DNA of 58,033 nucleotides, filler included, from Sphacelaria rigidula (GCA_964200075.2; 9 parts of 9 records of this genome joined end to end with filler, not necessarily neighbours in it); one strand, 5' to 3'. Numbered from the whole stretch's first letter, positions 10,001-23,118 are shown. Program-made: numbers and translations. Notes: generated from the letters alone by a model not told the origin.

Positions 10001-12820
10001 AAGCGGCTTACTTTGGTTCGTTCGTACCTCCGCGTGAGGTGCGAAGCAGGTGCGAGGTGACTTCGTTGTTGCTCCAGTAGTGGGCGGTCTAATTATTCAT
10101 TTTGTGGCATTTTGTGATTTTTTCGTAATCGGCGATTTTCTTGGGCTCTTTTTGCTTGGCACCGCTCATCACATCGCGGATCCGAACATATTTGTATCCG
10201 CTCCGTATTTCAAAAGAAAAACTTCAGTGTACTCAATATTGAGTGCCTTCTGGACTGACCGGTCATTGGGGGTCCTGCCACATTTCAGGCCAGATTGTCA
10301 CTCTTCGGCATTTTCGGTCGATCGAGCCTGTCCTGATCGTATTTGTGAATAACTATACCGTTATATTTTTGTGAAATTTCACCCACCCAATGCACTAGAG
10401 CCGAAAAAAAGTGTTTCACTGTCAATAACACCCTCCTGATGAAGGGGGTATTTACTTGTATCGCCCGATACCAACAACTGACACTGACTCGGGCACCGTG
10501 TTTCGACGAAAATCTTCTTCTTGTACCAAATCTACCGAGGCTAGCAATTTCGAGTTATATCGAACATTAGTACGCGAGGAAAATCACAAAGCACCCCTGA
10601 ATAGTTCGACCGCCCACTACTGTACTATTTCTGATGCAACATCGTGACAAGGGGGCTCTCGGTGCAGTGGCGACCCGAGCGACCTTTTCGAGAGCATGCA
10701 TACTGCTCATCAACCCCATTTTAAAAGCATCAAACAAAACCGTTTTCACCATCAGTCTACACACAGGGGAAGGTGCACAAAATACGACGCCAGCGGGGGT
10801 ATCATATGTTTTTCTTCGTGATCCAACGTCCAAGCTCCTCGTAAAAAAAAATAGTCCCTACTGCAACTAAACATCCTGAAGTCACGGTGAAAAAAATTGT
10901 TGTGCCCCAGGTTCATTATCATCATTATGAGATTCCCCACACAGCATTCCAAAGCACGGGTCTCAAAACTGAGCTGCGAAAGTGGTCCACGACATACAGC
11001 TTCATTTGCAGGCTGGCTGAGCCCATGATCATGCAGGTGTCAGCAAGAAAATTGGTATGGAGAATCGCTCGAGCATAATAAAAACCAGGTTCATCTCTGT
11101 GAGTTTCATCCTCTCATGAGGAAGACCGCTTTTACGGTTAGTGGTTCTTGAGGAGCGTATTCTCCACTTTCGGGGGACATTCAACACGGTTTTTGGCCCC
11201 CTAACAAGCAACATCACCATCACTTTCCATCGCCCCCACCGAGGAGCCTAGCCCACTTGTGCGATTCGCATGGCTGCGAGGTTTCGAGGATAGTCTTTGA
11301 ACAAAAATTCAGCTGGGAAAAAAATGGTGTCTGCACTTTCTCGGAATGAAAGTATCCGCAGACGCACCGCATTCTTCCATCTAGCTGTATTTTTGTTTGG
11401 TAGCCATTACAAACAACCTGGAGACACTGCTAGACGTGCAACGGCAATATTCTCTGTTTGGGGGTCAAAATCGGTGTCAAATGTCCTAAAAGTGGGATAT
11501 ACCAATTCTCTCCCCCCCCTCCCGTCCGGAAATTTCATCCCTGAGAAACGGTCATAGGCCACGTCCCATGTGACGAAAAAAACTAGTTGAACACTGCTTC
11601 CATGACCCTTTTCCATCGTTTTTTTACCAAAAAAAAGCGTTTGGCGGAAGTTGACACCTTGGAATAAAAATCTACTCGTTGACATCACCCTAGACCACCT
11701 TTGCGTCTTGTGTAGGCGACGGTTTTGTTCTTGGTCAAACTTACATTTCCAATAGATACTAACAGTCAAGTTATAAAAAAACTGGAGAATTTTCCCCCTT
11801 CTAGATAACTTCAAGGTACGTTATTGAAGATGCGAGCTTGGCCGGAAACAGAAACATCACCCACGTGAAACGCAAAAGTACCCTGAAACGGTCTGAACGA
11901 GTGGAGCAAGTTATTTCAAGGTATCACCATCCGCCCAACCCTTTCTTAGGGGAAAAACCACGAAGAAAGGGCCATAAACGGCACTTTTCAACGTTTTTTT
12001 CTTCAATGAAGACGAGGTAACCTTAGTGGCGTTCGAGTGAAAACTGGATCTTGCTTTTTCTTCTACAATGCCCCCTCCACGATTCTTCTTCACAATTTTC
12101 AAAAGTACAACTTCAAAAACCAAGATGAGAAGCAATGTTCAACCTACGAAAGTGCACTCAAGAATTGCCCCAGCTCGCGAACTCAGATGTATGCTTGATT
12201 GTGTAGACATGTGTATCCGCCTCGGAGAAGAACACAAACGCACACACACACGAAACCCACGGAGAAACTACGAGAGCAGTTCAGAACCATACAAGAGTAA
12301 GATGGCACGAACCAACCTTGAGGGCAAACGACACGCGGGAAAATAGGATTTCATATTCTAAAACACCCGACTCCAATCGACGTACCGTTGGCGTTACCGG
12401 CGTTGGTGAATTAAGCGGGATGGGAGCGGATGTGGCCGTCGGGGCGCCCCCAAGCGAAGGTTCAGGCGTGATCGTTGGTTGAGGGGCCGGAGGCGGCGAC
12501 GGTACTAAATTAACCGGTTGTGCTGACGACGTGTCCACCGGCTGGTCGGTAATGGGCTGTGAGGTGGGTAACACAGGTTCCGTCGTAACAGCCGGTTGTG
12601 GTGTCACCTGCGGGTTTTCAGCAGCGGGAGATGAGGTAGGGTTGAGGCCCGCTATTGGTTGTGAAGTAAGCATAACCGGTTGTGGGGTGGGCTCGGGTGT
12701 CGACCCTGGCGCTGCGGTAACGGGCCCTACACTTGATACGGGCGCCGTGGTCGCGGGGGTGGTTTGTGGGGTGGGCTCGGGTGTCGACCCTGGCGCTACG
12801 GCTAGGGGCCCTGGACTGTA
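7075..12820 (-). CDS. Pro/Thr/Ala-rich mucin-like protein, partial. Exons: >12820-12386, ~10088-9581 (frame-disrupted), 8850-8802, 8201-7075
   Basis: Long P/T-rich open frames. Donors acg|gtacgt, cag|gtaccc, c|gtgagt and ctg|gtgagt; acceptors ccacag|ccg and accag|ag. Phases join (0, 1, 0) from 9581 onward. Both ends of the gene are unresolved. Confidence 0.7.
10418..10624 (+). repeat. Dispersed ~200-bp repeat (probable MITE); copies at ~17707-17905, ~18031-18190 and 31876-32079 (reverse)
   Basis: Shared head ggtcaataacaccctcctgat...gtatcgccc...caccaac...gctagca.tttc. The 31876-32079 copy aligns over its whole length in reverse complement. Confidence 0.7.
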
Positions 12821-12920
12821 NNNNNNNNNNNNNNNNNNNNNNNNNNNNNNNNNNNNNNNNNNNNTTAATTAATTAANNNNNNNNNNNNNNNNNNNNNNNN
12901 NNNNNNNNNNNNNNNNNNNN

Positions 12921-13210
12921 GTTATTGTTATTGTTATTGTTATTGGTGTTGGTATTGGTATTGTTTTTTTTATTATGATTATGGTTATGATGATTATTAC
13001 TATTACCATTACTATTATGATTATTATTATTGTTATTACAATTATTATGATGATTATTATTATTTTTATTACAACCACTACAATTATTATTTTTATTTTT
13101 ATTTTTATTTCTACCACTGCTGTTATTATAAATGATAATACTGCTATTAATTTTGTTGTTGTTGCTATTGCTATTATCATCATCATCATCGTCATCGTCA
13201 TCATCGTCAT
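12921..13210. repeat. Compound (ATT)n/(ATC)n/(GTC)n microsatellite
   Basis: Directly visible trinucleotide runs. They account for the poly-Ile ORFs. Confidence 0.9.
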
Positions 13211-14193
13211 TAGTCGTGGTGGTGCATACCCTTATGAACTAAGCCGTGTTGTGCAGCGCTTCTGTCGTGGTATGGGTGTAGTCAACGCTACGGTGAGGAA
13301 GAGTAAGCGCAATGTAGGTGTGCATATATATATATATATGTATATATATGCATAATGAGCCTATAGCCATGCTGCAGGGGCTAGCTATTCTCTGGTTCCT
13401 CGTTCACTATTTCCTCTTGCTCTTCCTTCCTCCCTCCCTTTCTTCCTTCTTCCCCTTCATATTATTTTCACCACATGTAGTTGCACCGGGACCGGCTCTC
13501 GTGTTCTCACCTTCCTTTTTCTCCCTATCCCTACGTTGAATTTTGGCTTGTGTTTTTTACCTATCCTCTCGTTATTGTCCACTTTATTCCGTTAGCTTTA
13601 TCGTCCTTCATCTTCTCCCTTTCCCGGGCTTCCCTCAGCGAGCGGTTCCATTTTGTTTACCTTGAGTTCATCTATCAAGTGGCCACGGCTGGATCCTTGC
13701 GGAACCTGTTGATACACGATCGAATAATCGATCAATATCTAAGAACGCCGATGGGACGTTGACGATAGAGTGATGCCACGGCAGGGATGCATTTTTCGAT
13801 CCAATCGTTTTCTGAGGATGCGCACTAAGGCCCAGATATTTGACATCGAGAGGCTCCTTCAACAAAGAGCCTCAGAAACCAATGCACCCCTACCGTGGCA
13901 TTGCGCAATACTCAGTAGCTAACGTACACTACTACACAAGCCCGACGCAGACGTTTTGCGGTAAAAATGTGTTTGATTCGACAAGAAACATTGTTGGCAC
14001 CCACAAACATGCTTCTCTTACCTTAGGATGTCATTTCTCGTCCCCCCTTTAATCTGTCTTTGTTTCGTTCCCTCATCCCGACCGATGTCATCATCCAGCA
14101 TCATAGCGCATATCACTCCATCACTATCGTATTAAATACGTTCACCATGCACTACTAATTGGTGCGTGGTTGTTTCTGTTTTTGTGCGTGCAG

Positions 14194-14395
14194 CGAAATC
14201 TTGCGGCGATATCGCAAAGATGCGGAGCGGAAAGCCAAGCTGTCGAGGAAATCGAACGACCACCACCGTTCCACCAACAACAGCAGTAGCAGCAGTAGCA
14301 GCAACCGGAACTCTACTAGAGGCGGGCCTCCGCCACGGCGCTCGTCAAGGTCCTCATCTTCCGAGAGCAAGGAATCCTCGTACTCGAGAAAATAG
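14194..14395 (+). CDS. Probable terminal exon of an unknown protein with an Arg/Ser-rich tail
   Basis: Acceptor ttctgtttttgtgcgtgcag|c, open frame EILRRYRKDAERKAKLSRK...SSYSRK and a TAG stop. Confidence 0.45.
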
Positions 14396-14643
14396 ATGTT
14401 GAAAACCAGATATCAAGGAGCGATTGCCGTTTCGTTGCCGAAACAGTACCTCGAAGGAAAAGGTGCATATACTTACCCAATACCACTTCTTGAAAACTCC
14501 GGGCGTCGTGGGGCTACTGCCACAAAAGTAGTAGGGACATCTTCTCCAGGGTGACGTACGTTCATATACAACGGGACGTGGGGCCGGTGAGCTGCGACTG
14601 TTTGCCGACGATGACTTGGCAGCTCTCAAGGGATTGTCGACAA

Positions 14644-14847
14644 TAGAGAGTTTCGGAAAACACTTTTTTTATCATCAGAGTGCAAATATCTCAGGATCAG
14701 ATTGTTGTAACGAAGAAATATTTTCCCCTCCATCAAATGTGGTATCCCCTTAACGTGTTTTGGATGAGGTGTTTTTTTATATTCTGTATTCTGATCCTGA
14801 GATATTTGCACTCTGAAATGACAAAAAGCGCTTTTCGAAACTCTATA
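14644..14847. mobile_element. MITE with ~55-bp terminal inverted repeats
   Basis: Left end tagagagtttcggaaaa...cagagtgcaaatatctcaggatcaga pairs with right end tctgatcctgagatatttgcactctg...ttttcgaaactctata. A related end occurs at ~33069. No target-site duplication is visible. Confidence 0.7.
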
Positions 14848-16047
14848 ATACATGCGTTGGTCGCAAAACCCATCCTATTATGGCTCATCTATTCATTCGC
14901 CCTCATGTCAGTAAACCCCGTCTGGAGTTGTGTCATTCAGGGGTCCGCAATAGGCGTTGACAGCGTACCTCATTGCCCACGGATGACAACGAGGGCCTAC
15001 TTGGACATACAGTATTCCCAAGTAGAGGGAGCGTGCACCGAGCAATATTTGACATATTATGGAGAATAGTTATTGCAGATGTAAACATCGCATACCGCTT
15101 GTCCTTCGTTGCCTGCCTCGAAACTCCGTTCACGAGGCAGGGCACAGAATTAAGCGCAATCTGAATCAAAAGCCTGTAGTGCACTGCAAGCCTGGGATCC
15201 CTGTCTTACCATTGAGCCTAGCATGTAGCGCTTCTGGCATACGATGTCGGAGGACGAAGTGGGGAAAATTGATGTTTCGGATTGAAGTACACGGTACACC
15301 ATAAGATGCTTTACTAGAACTCCCTAAGAAGTTTACGAAGTCGAACAGGGCAAGCTCTGCGCTAAAAATGAATTGCCCTTTTCATCACTGAAAAAAACAC
15401 CCTTTGGTTCGCTCTCAAACGCCCATAAACAACGTCTAGAAAATAGTAGGGAGAAACAATTCCCTTCAGCTTTGATTTTTTCTAGCTATACTCCCGAACT
15501 TAATCCGGGTAAAACCGCCTCAATCGACTCCTCTTGGCCAATTTAGGGGAGGTGCACCACTTAGATTTTGATCGGAGCAAAACTCATGGAGGGAGCTGGG
15601 TTAAAACAGTTCAAGAAAACTTGACATTATTCGACAAACGTCCAACATTGCTTGGCTGTAGGTTGGTGGCACGGCCGTATTGATATATTTTGATTATATA
15701 TCTGTGACCCCCAACCCGAATTACCCTGAACTCAGTGCTGCAGCGCTTGAATCAACGAGTGAATTTCCGAGGGAGGGGATATTTTCTGACAATCCCTGCT
15801 TCTCTGTATACTTTGGGCATCTATACCATAATGTCAGCAATGCAAACAATCTGATGTAGATTGGCGCTGAGTGACCATCAGCCGTCAGCATTAATCGCAC
15901 AAAACAGTTCAACTATGGTCGCATTCCTCGCCCCTATTCCGATGGATGTCAAAAACATGACCGACTCTGCCTGCTGACCGTCCGCAGCGCCGCAGTCTTC
16001 GTTGGAGTGAGGAGAGACGACCGCCACTCCGACGTCTGATTAAGAAG

Positions 16048-16632
16048 TCAAGCTCCCGGGTGCCCTTCATCTGAGCTCTGCAGTCGTTCCATGAGTTTGT
16101 TGGGCATTCTGAACCAACACCATGGCGTTCGGTGAGCAGACCCGGAATGCCCTCGGTACCCTTTGTCGTCATCGTCGTTCCACGACAGTAGGGAATATCT
16201 CTCCCTTCTCTGTGGGGGAAACGAAGCGCCAAGTTCGATTATCGACGCGAGTACCTTTTCTTTCCCATAGATAGATAAAAGAACCTTCGCATTGTCGTGG
16301 AAAGACGTCAAAGAGGCACCACTGGATCTCGTTGCAGCGCCGGCGAAGGGCAACCCGGAGGATCTCGACGAGAGTTCAACCTCAAAATTACTCCTTTTGT
16401 TCGTCAGACGGTTTACACCGCTAGACCAAGTAGCAGCACTGACTACTCGGTCTCGTGGTGAAAACCCTCTGACGAACGCCCTTACGTTGTCTCCCGAAAT
16501 GGCCAGTGTTGTCTCCACCGCCATGGCGTAACGGCGGCCCAATGATACTTCGGCGCCCTGTTCACGGCGTGGGGGTGTGTGCACCGGAGAAGTCATTGTG
16601 GTTATGTTGGGTGGTGGGCGATTAAACATCAA
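16048..16632 (-). CDS. Possible coding region, 194-aa ORF of unknown function
   Basis: Long, GC-balanced, non-repetitive open frame. No recognisable motif and no clear splice site. Confidence 0.3.
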   Translation of the reverse strand: MMFNRPPPNITTMTSPVHTPPRREQGAEVSLGRRYAMAVETTLAISGDNVRAFVRGFSPRDRVVSAATWSSGVNRLTNKRSNFEVELSSRSSGLPFAGAATRSSGASLTSFHDNAKVLLSIYGKEKVLASIIELGASFPPQRRERYSLLSWNDDDDKGYRGHSGSAHRTPWCWFRMPNKLMERLQSSDEGHPGA

Positions 16633-16786
16633 AATTATCGAAAAGCGGACAACTATAGAAAGCGTCTCGAAGCAACAGCCCTTAAAATACCCGTCGAATT
16701 CATGAGGTACAATAAAATAAGCAATTTCATTCTAACATTTCCTCGTAGCCATGACTCGTCTTCTTGTTTCCTATGAGTATCTCCGA

Positions 16787-16940
16787 ACACTTTCTACGAT
16801 AGCCCCCCCCCAAAACCAGCTAAAAGTGTCACCAAAAAATGGCCTTACAGCGCTTCATGTTCGGNNNNNNNNNNATTTACGTGAAGATTTTGCCTCCCAA
16901 AACCATGCACTTTTGGGGGGGGGCTATCGTAGAAAGTGTC
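16787..16940. mobile_element. MITE family with TIR acactttctacgatagcccc (gapped copy)
   Basis: Terminal inverted repeats are essentially identical to those of 23119-23373, and the internal sequence is shared. Confidence 0.75.
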
Positions 16941-18236
16941 TCCGTCAGCCTAGATTTTGAGTGAACCTAGCTATAGCATCTATGGCCTTTGCCAGACGAT
17001 CTGGACGAGAAGACTTTCAACGAGGGACTCCTCCAGTATTACTGGCCTTGTGCTCGACAAGTCCTTTCTTCTAACTTCTTATTGTCACGAAGTGATCCTC
17101 AACATATGACATCAAGAGCCAGATACACAGAAAAGGCCGATAAATCCAGGATCCCCTGTCCCCTGCCACTGCTCCAACCATGCGTGTGATTATATACTAA
17201 AACCTGCGGCTTGGTATCATTTGGCTGCAGCACCCTCAAAGCGAGTTCAAGACAAACGAACGAGCTTGACAGCCAACAAAAAACCAAGGCGGAGTCGCAT
17301 GCGACAATCACAAAGAAATACCATACTCCGACGCTACAGTAGTCAGCGTCAGAAGTATGCAGAATCCGTAATTTCTTAGTTTCTTAAAGGTTGTCCAAAT
17401 CTGTTTTGCCTGCCACCACTCATCCCAGTGACTGTTGGATGCCAAAAAATCGGCATCTAGAGACATTTCATACTTCTTGACAAATATTGAAAGAAATATT
17501 ATTTGCGATCAATAATGGGTGACTTACGGGCTTGACAGATTTTCGGGGGTCCTGCAAAAATACGACCCCAGGCTCTAGCTTTTCGGTATTTTCGGTGGAC
17601 CGACTCGATCTGGATGATATAAATGAAGACTCAAAAAGGATTGTCTTATTGAAATTCCACCTAGTCACTGCGCTAAAGCAGGAAAACTATGTTTTTTTGA
17701 CCATTTACGGTAAATAACACCCTCCTGATAAACAGGGTCTTCACCCGGTATCGCCCCCACGACACCAACTTGGGCGATTGTGATTTAAGCACGGTTTGCT
17801 TCTTTTGCCAAAACTATCGACGCAAGCACTTTCGAGTGCTCATGGAAAATGCTGTGCGGACAAAAAACTAAATTGGGCCATCCGCGGAAAATGCTAGACT
17901 GGGGTCTGTGCAGTATAGGAGGGAAACACGATCTCGATCGTTATTGTGAAGAATTTTATACGTACCCATGTATTTGAATATTTACCGTTCCGTCGCTGGA
18001 GGGCGGGAAAACTGCTTGTATTGGACCAAAGACGGTCAATAACACTCTCCTGATAAACGGGGTATCAAGTCCGTATCGCCCCAAAAACACCAACTTGAGC
18101 ACTGCGGTTTGAGCGCGGCCTACGCTTTCTCCCTAAATCCACCGGCGCTAGCACTTTCAAGTAGTAGTGAAGAATAGTACTACAGAAAAACTCAAAAAAT
18201 AGAACAACTACGAATTCTTAAAACTTCTGATGCTGA

Positions 18237-19260
18237 CTACATTAATTTACTTCTCAGCGCCCGAGTCAACGGCAGTTTACGCAGTTCCCTCAAAACTAAT
18301 TCAGGCACGGAAGAATGAATTTTGCGAAGAGACTTCCACGTACGTTCTTCAGCACGGAACCCATCCCAATCGACGAAAACAATGGCATCACCATTGTCAT
18401 CCCCAGCGACGTGCACCAAAGCATTCATCCAACACTCACCTTGAGAATACGAATGCTGAAATATATCTTTTAGTTCCGCAGTGATGTGCAACTGCGAGTC
18501 AGCATAGAAACGCAAACGAGCGACATGGGCCAAGTGTACGGTGCCAGAAACAATGTTCTGCACCGAATACTCGTGAGCGCGATCGGCTCCGACCACTTGC
18601 CACGGACCTGTCCATGTGGACATCAACTTTGGCGTCGCACCTTGCCTACGCACACGGGCATACAATACGAAATCTCCAAATGCAAACTTGGGCAATACAG
18701 CCCGGCCCTGAGCAAGCTTAAGTTTGGTTTCGCGAGACACCGCGATAGCAGCTTGCACTGCATTACAAAACCACACTTGCTCGTCAACCACGCCTCGAAC
18801 CTTGTCACGCAACGAATCAGCATCCATGGCATCGACGTTCCACTCGCCGCCAGTGACAGAAGCCAGCGCGGAAAACGCTGTACGCGGCGCACGCCCGAAC
18901 ATCACACAATACGGAGTGTTACGGTAGCGTTCCCGAAAAGGAGTATTTAACGCCCACTGAGTGGGTGGTGAAATATCAACTGATGCAGACATCGGCCGTC
19001 TCTGTTGCGACAAAATGGATCGCAACGCACGAATAAGCTCTTTCACCATACTCTCACTAGCCCCATTCGACCAAGGGGTATACGCAACAGCAAATTGGTG
19101 TTGCACCTTCAGCGCATCGCTCGGCTGCGCGATCACTCGATTCTTGAAGTGCGTCGTGGTATCACTTTGCCGAACACGCGGCACCCCTACAGTCTTGCAC
19201 CAATGCAGCAAGTAACAGCCGATTTTATATTTTGGGGTTCATACAAAATATGGGGCTGAA
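18237..19260 (-). mobile_element. Ty3/Gypsy LTR-retrotransposon remnant: integrase core/C-terminus, GPY/F module and chromodomain
   Basis: SDTTTHFKN, AYTPWSNGASE, TPYCVMFGRAP, FAFGDFVL...KLMSTWTGPWQVV, HVARLRFY, then chromodomain-like VFVDWDGFRAEERTWKSL. Truncated by the linker. Confidence 0.88.
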
Positions 19261-19529
19261 GTGGCATATCTGTCTTGCANNNNNNNNNNNNNNNNNNNNN
19301 NNNNNNNNNNNNNNNNNNNNNNNTTAATTAATTAANNNNNNNNNNNNNNNNNNNNNNNNNNNNNNNNNNNNNNNNNNNNAGCAAGGAGCATGGAGAAAGG
19401 GAAGAGGGAAGAAAAGAAAAACAGAACGAGAGAAGAAAACATGATACAAAAAAAAAAAAACTGAAAACAACAAGCACAAAGAAGTTCACCAATATTTTTA
19501 TTGATTGTCGAACATCAACTGATTCCCGA

Positions 19530-19680
19530 GGTCACTATCCACACGATAGACGATCTAGTCATGATCATTCTCCACAACATAGACGACCCAACCATGTTCA
19601 TTATCCACGTGATGGACGACTCAGCTGTGGTCATTGTCCACATGATGAACGACCCAGCCATTATAATCCACAACATAGAC
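19530..19680. repeat. Degenerate ~33-bp minisatellite (about 4.5 units)
   Basis: Units resemble tcattatccacacgatagacgacccagccatg. Confidence 0.7.
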
Positions 19681-20744
19681 ATGTGTACCCAAGGTGAACA
19701 AATCGGAAACGCTCTTGAAAAAAGAATAACTGGAGAGAAAAAATACATCAAAAACAATGAGTAAAATATCACTTATAGGGATACTGTACCACCGCATTCC
19801 TAGGATCCTGATATAGAGTACAACGCCATGGATGACTTCCCATACACATGCCCTATATTAACTTTGACTGGAAAGTGACCAGGAGGACTCTCAAGATTCA
19901 AGTGTGCGGTGTATCATGCGACACTTGAAAAACCTCCCTGTAGTCTATACTTGATACGCGTGGTCACCCAGGAATCTTGGTAATTGAATCCTTCGACCGC
20001 GGGCCTGAATAAAAGGGCGCAAGTGACGATAGACAAAGTGCGCTCGCTGCCTTCATACATCTCGCGCTGCCTTTTTTCCCTTATTTTTGAAAACAGCATC
20101 AACTTACGGTGAGCACATTTCGATCTTCAGTCCGACACAAAAAAAATGAGATTTCAACTTGGTTTTGTATATTTCGTGAAGATTTCAAGTATATCCATAC
20201 ACACTGTGGAGGTCCGCTCATAAGAAACGATGTTGTTTGCGAGAACACCAAGCGGGGATTCTCCTTTTTTCAAAACAAAAAACAAGGCTTCAGATTCAGC
20301 GACCACGAGCGCTACACCAACTCCAACAGTAGGTCATGATCAACCTCTGTATCACACCAGAAAGTCAGGACGGGCCCTGATTTTCAGTATTTCTTTACGA
20401 CCAGACCGCTATTGTTTATAGACATGAACATATATACAGAGAGATACAGTACATTGTGATGTTCAACGCCTACGATCACGGAGAACAGGATAATCGGATT
20501 CCCAGCTTTTTTTGAGCGGGTCGCTTCTGTATATAGATATAGGTATAGGTATAGGTATACATGTAGATACAGCACATATAATAGTGACACGCAACGTCAA
20601 TGGTCATAGTACACACTCTTCTCGTAAATCCTCGGTCGTTTCGTATCGTCAGACGCGTTGGTCGCTTCGACGCGTGACCATCAAGCACGGCACGTGTTCC
20701 GTCATTGAATGTTCTCCGCGTGTATTTGACCATCGCGGGACACA

Positions 20745-20962
20745 GATCCACGCACATCACACTGGAGAATGACACGCACGTCACGCCTGAATACCACGCG
20801 CACATCACACGGGAAGATGACACAACGCACATCACACCGGAGCATGACACACACGCACATCACACGAGAACGACACACACGCACATCACACGAGAATATG
20901 ACACACACGTACGCTACACCGAAATGTGACACGCGCACATCAAACTGGAGTATGACACACGC
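20745..20962. repeat. Minisatellite, ~23-26-bp units (acgcacatcacacgagaatgacac)
   Basis: About eight tandem, variable-length units are visible. Confidence 0.8.
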
Positions 20963-22304
20963 AAACACCTTGGAGGTCGTTGCTGGATTCGCATTGCACC
21001 AGCTAATGCGCGACATATGAACCACAAAAAATAAAACAAAATAAAACGAAGACACGACGACAATTCATCGGTGTTTCCGCACCTCGCAGCCCGCCTGAAA
21101 CCCCCAGGACATGCCGAATGTCCCCACGGCGGCCGGTGCTGACCAATCACCATTCGCCAGCCTTGCCACACACAGACCTGTGCCCGCCTCGGCTGCATAC
21201 ATCATACCAGCCTGTTTACAAAGAAATCAACGTGTAACGAACCATTAACTGACCGCATATGATAAAACACAGGCACAAGAGACAGCACAGACGAGGGATA
21301 ACTACGGGAGGGGGGGGGGGGGAGTCGCATGAAGGGTGATCTATATCCTGCTCGTAAGATTGTTCGGCCCGAAGCGCACCAAGTATCTTTTTGCATATGG
21401 ATGACAGCCTACAATGAGTTGCTTCAATTTTCTGGTATTGCCACGTCCACAGACAACCACGAGTTACACACTCCCACCATCTAGACACCACGTAGTACGA
21501 TCATCTCCTTCACGAGGAGTTCAGGTTCTCCCACCCCGCACAACATGATTTAACTCGACCACGCCGCAAAAAAACGCAAGCCAGAGAAAAACAATGACCT
21601 AGTAGCCTATCTAATAGCTTTGACAGTGACTGGTGTATTTTACCGCGCCATTGCCGATCGCTGCCAACCCCAGACGGGAGAACCACGGGCTGGATCAGCT
21701 GACGGTGATTTTCCAATGTTTGTGTCGCGTCCGGCACTACTACTGTAGATCTGAGGAGTCAGGCGCTGAAATTTTGACGAATATTCTCATCAACACGCAC
21801 GCGCAACATTTCTCGGGATGCCAAGAAAAGAAAAGAAAAAAAAACACAGAAAGTTAGAGCAATTTGAAACTTCAGCAAAAACTGGGAAAATGCCACAATT
21901 CCGTGAAAAAAATAAAAGAAAAACGGCGGCACTCCAAGAGATGTACGTACTTGCGTGTAGGAGATCCTGGTGAATTTTCGGGCAAAACCTCCGAATATTG
22001 GGCCCAGCCCGGCTTGTTTTGTGTGACACCGCTCCGCCCTTGTAATCCATGTGATACAGGAGACTCCACTTATGGAGGTCACGGGTTCGAATCCGGACAG
22101 ATCCTTTTTTTTGTTCCACCGTTAAGGTCATCTATTATGCAGAGCATTTTTACTCTTTTTTTGCCTTCAACGGCAGAGCGTGCAGGACCAGGTTGGGCTG
22201 CAGTGCACAGCGATGCGCTTAAATCGTGCTGGTTCGAGAAACTTCAGGAGGAGTGGTGTAATGCGCGTTTGTACGTTTCACGACTGGCCCAGCTCGTACA
22301 GAGG

Positions 22305-22715
22305 CGGCGAGGGCAGAGGGGAGTGCGTACTCATTTGTTGCTTGCCCTAGTCGTTTGACCATTGACCACGCATCCCTTCCAAGACGGAGCACCGTTTCTA
22401 CTCCTGATAAAGACACATTCAACATTTGCGCCCATCATCACGCTTCTCTCATGCATTGCACTAGAACCTGTCCCGTATCTTATCCCCTTTCTGTTTTGCC
22501 TTCTGTGGCTACCACATATCTCGTAGTATAGGGATCGATTTCTCGCAACTGCCTAATGTACCAAACGATTCCATGCCACCTTCGTCTACTTTCCGCACTT
22601 CCCTTCTCCCACACGTACCGTTTTTTTTTGTATAGTTCACGTTCCGCCACTACATGAGTTCTGCTTTTTATTTCTTTGTCACAGGGACAATGCCGGGAAT
22701 CAACTTCCTTCAAGG
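22305..22715 (-). mobile_element. LINE family A, 3' end (degenerate CCHC finger, ORF2 stop and C-rich tail)
   Basis: HCPCDKEIKSRTHVVAERELY, then ...IRSRNGAPSWKGCVVNGQTTRASNK*. The same 3' end occurs at 50663-50730, 53781-54100, 57958-58033 and 41235-41316 (+). Confidence 0.75.
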
Positions 22716-22869
22716 GGTTGGGGGAGGGGGGGGGGGCGACCTACTTGTTTTTTGCCTGGCCTGATCGCCCTACTTCGTTCGTTGTTCTCGTCATGAATAC
22801 GTGAAAAACCGGACAAACGTGTTCGTCTTTGTCACGGGATCTTCCACCACAGTGACACTGATGATCGAC

Positions 22870-23116
22870 TACACGTGGTGTACTCACAGTGCCAGGTGGT
22901 GCTCGTCTGCGGTCCATGACGATTGCATGTGGGGGATGATTACATGAGGTGGATGACGATTACGTGCGGTACATGACGATTGCATGCGGTGGATGACGAT
23001 TACATGTGGTGTATGGCGATTACTCGGGGTGTATGGCAATTGCATGTGGTGCATGAGGTTTACATGTGGTGGATGATCATCATGTGTGGTGTATGACGAT
23101 TTTATGCAGTGTACAT
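22870..23116. repeat. Minisatellite, ~20-bp units (gtggatgacgattacatgtg)
   Basis: About eleven degenerate tandem units, directly abutting the 23119 MITE. Confidence 0.8.
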
Positions 23117-23118
23117 GA

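Noticed and set aside
12869..13355. Poly-Ile ORFs as membrane proteins
   Set aside because: They are translations of an (ATT)n microsatellite.
20745..20962. Minisatellites (also 19530 and 22870) as CRISPR arrays
   Set aside because: The units are degenerate and directly tandem with no unique spacers, there are no cas genes, and the context is eukaryotic.
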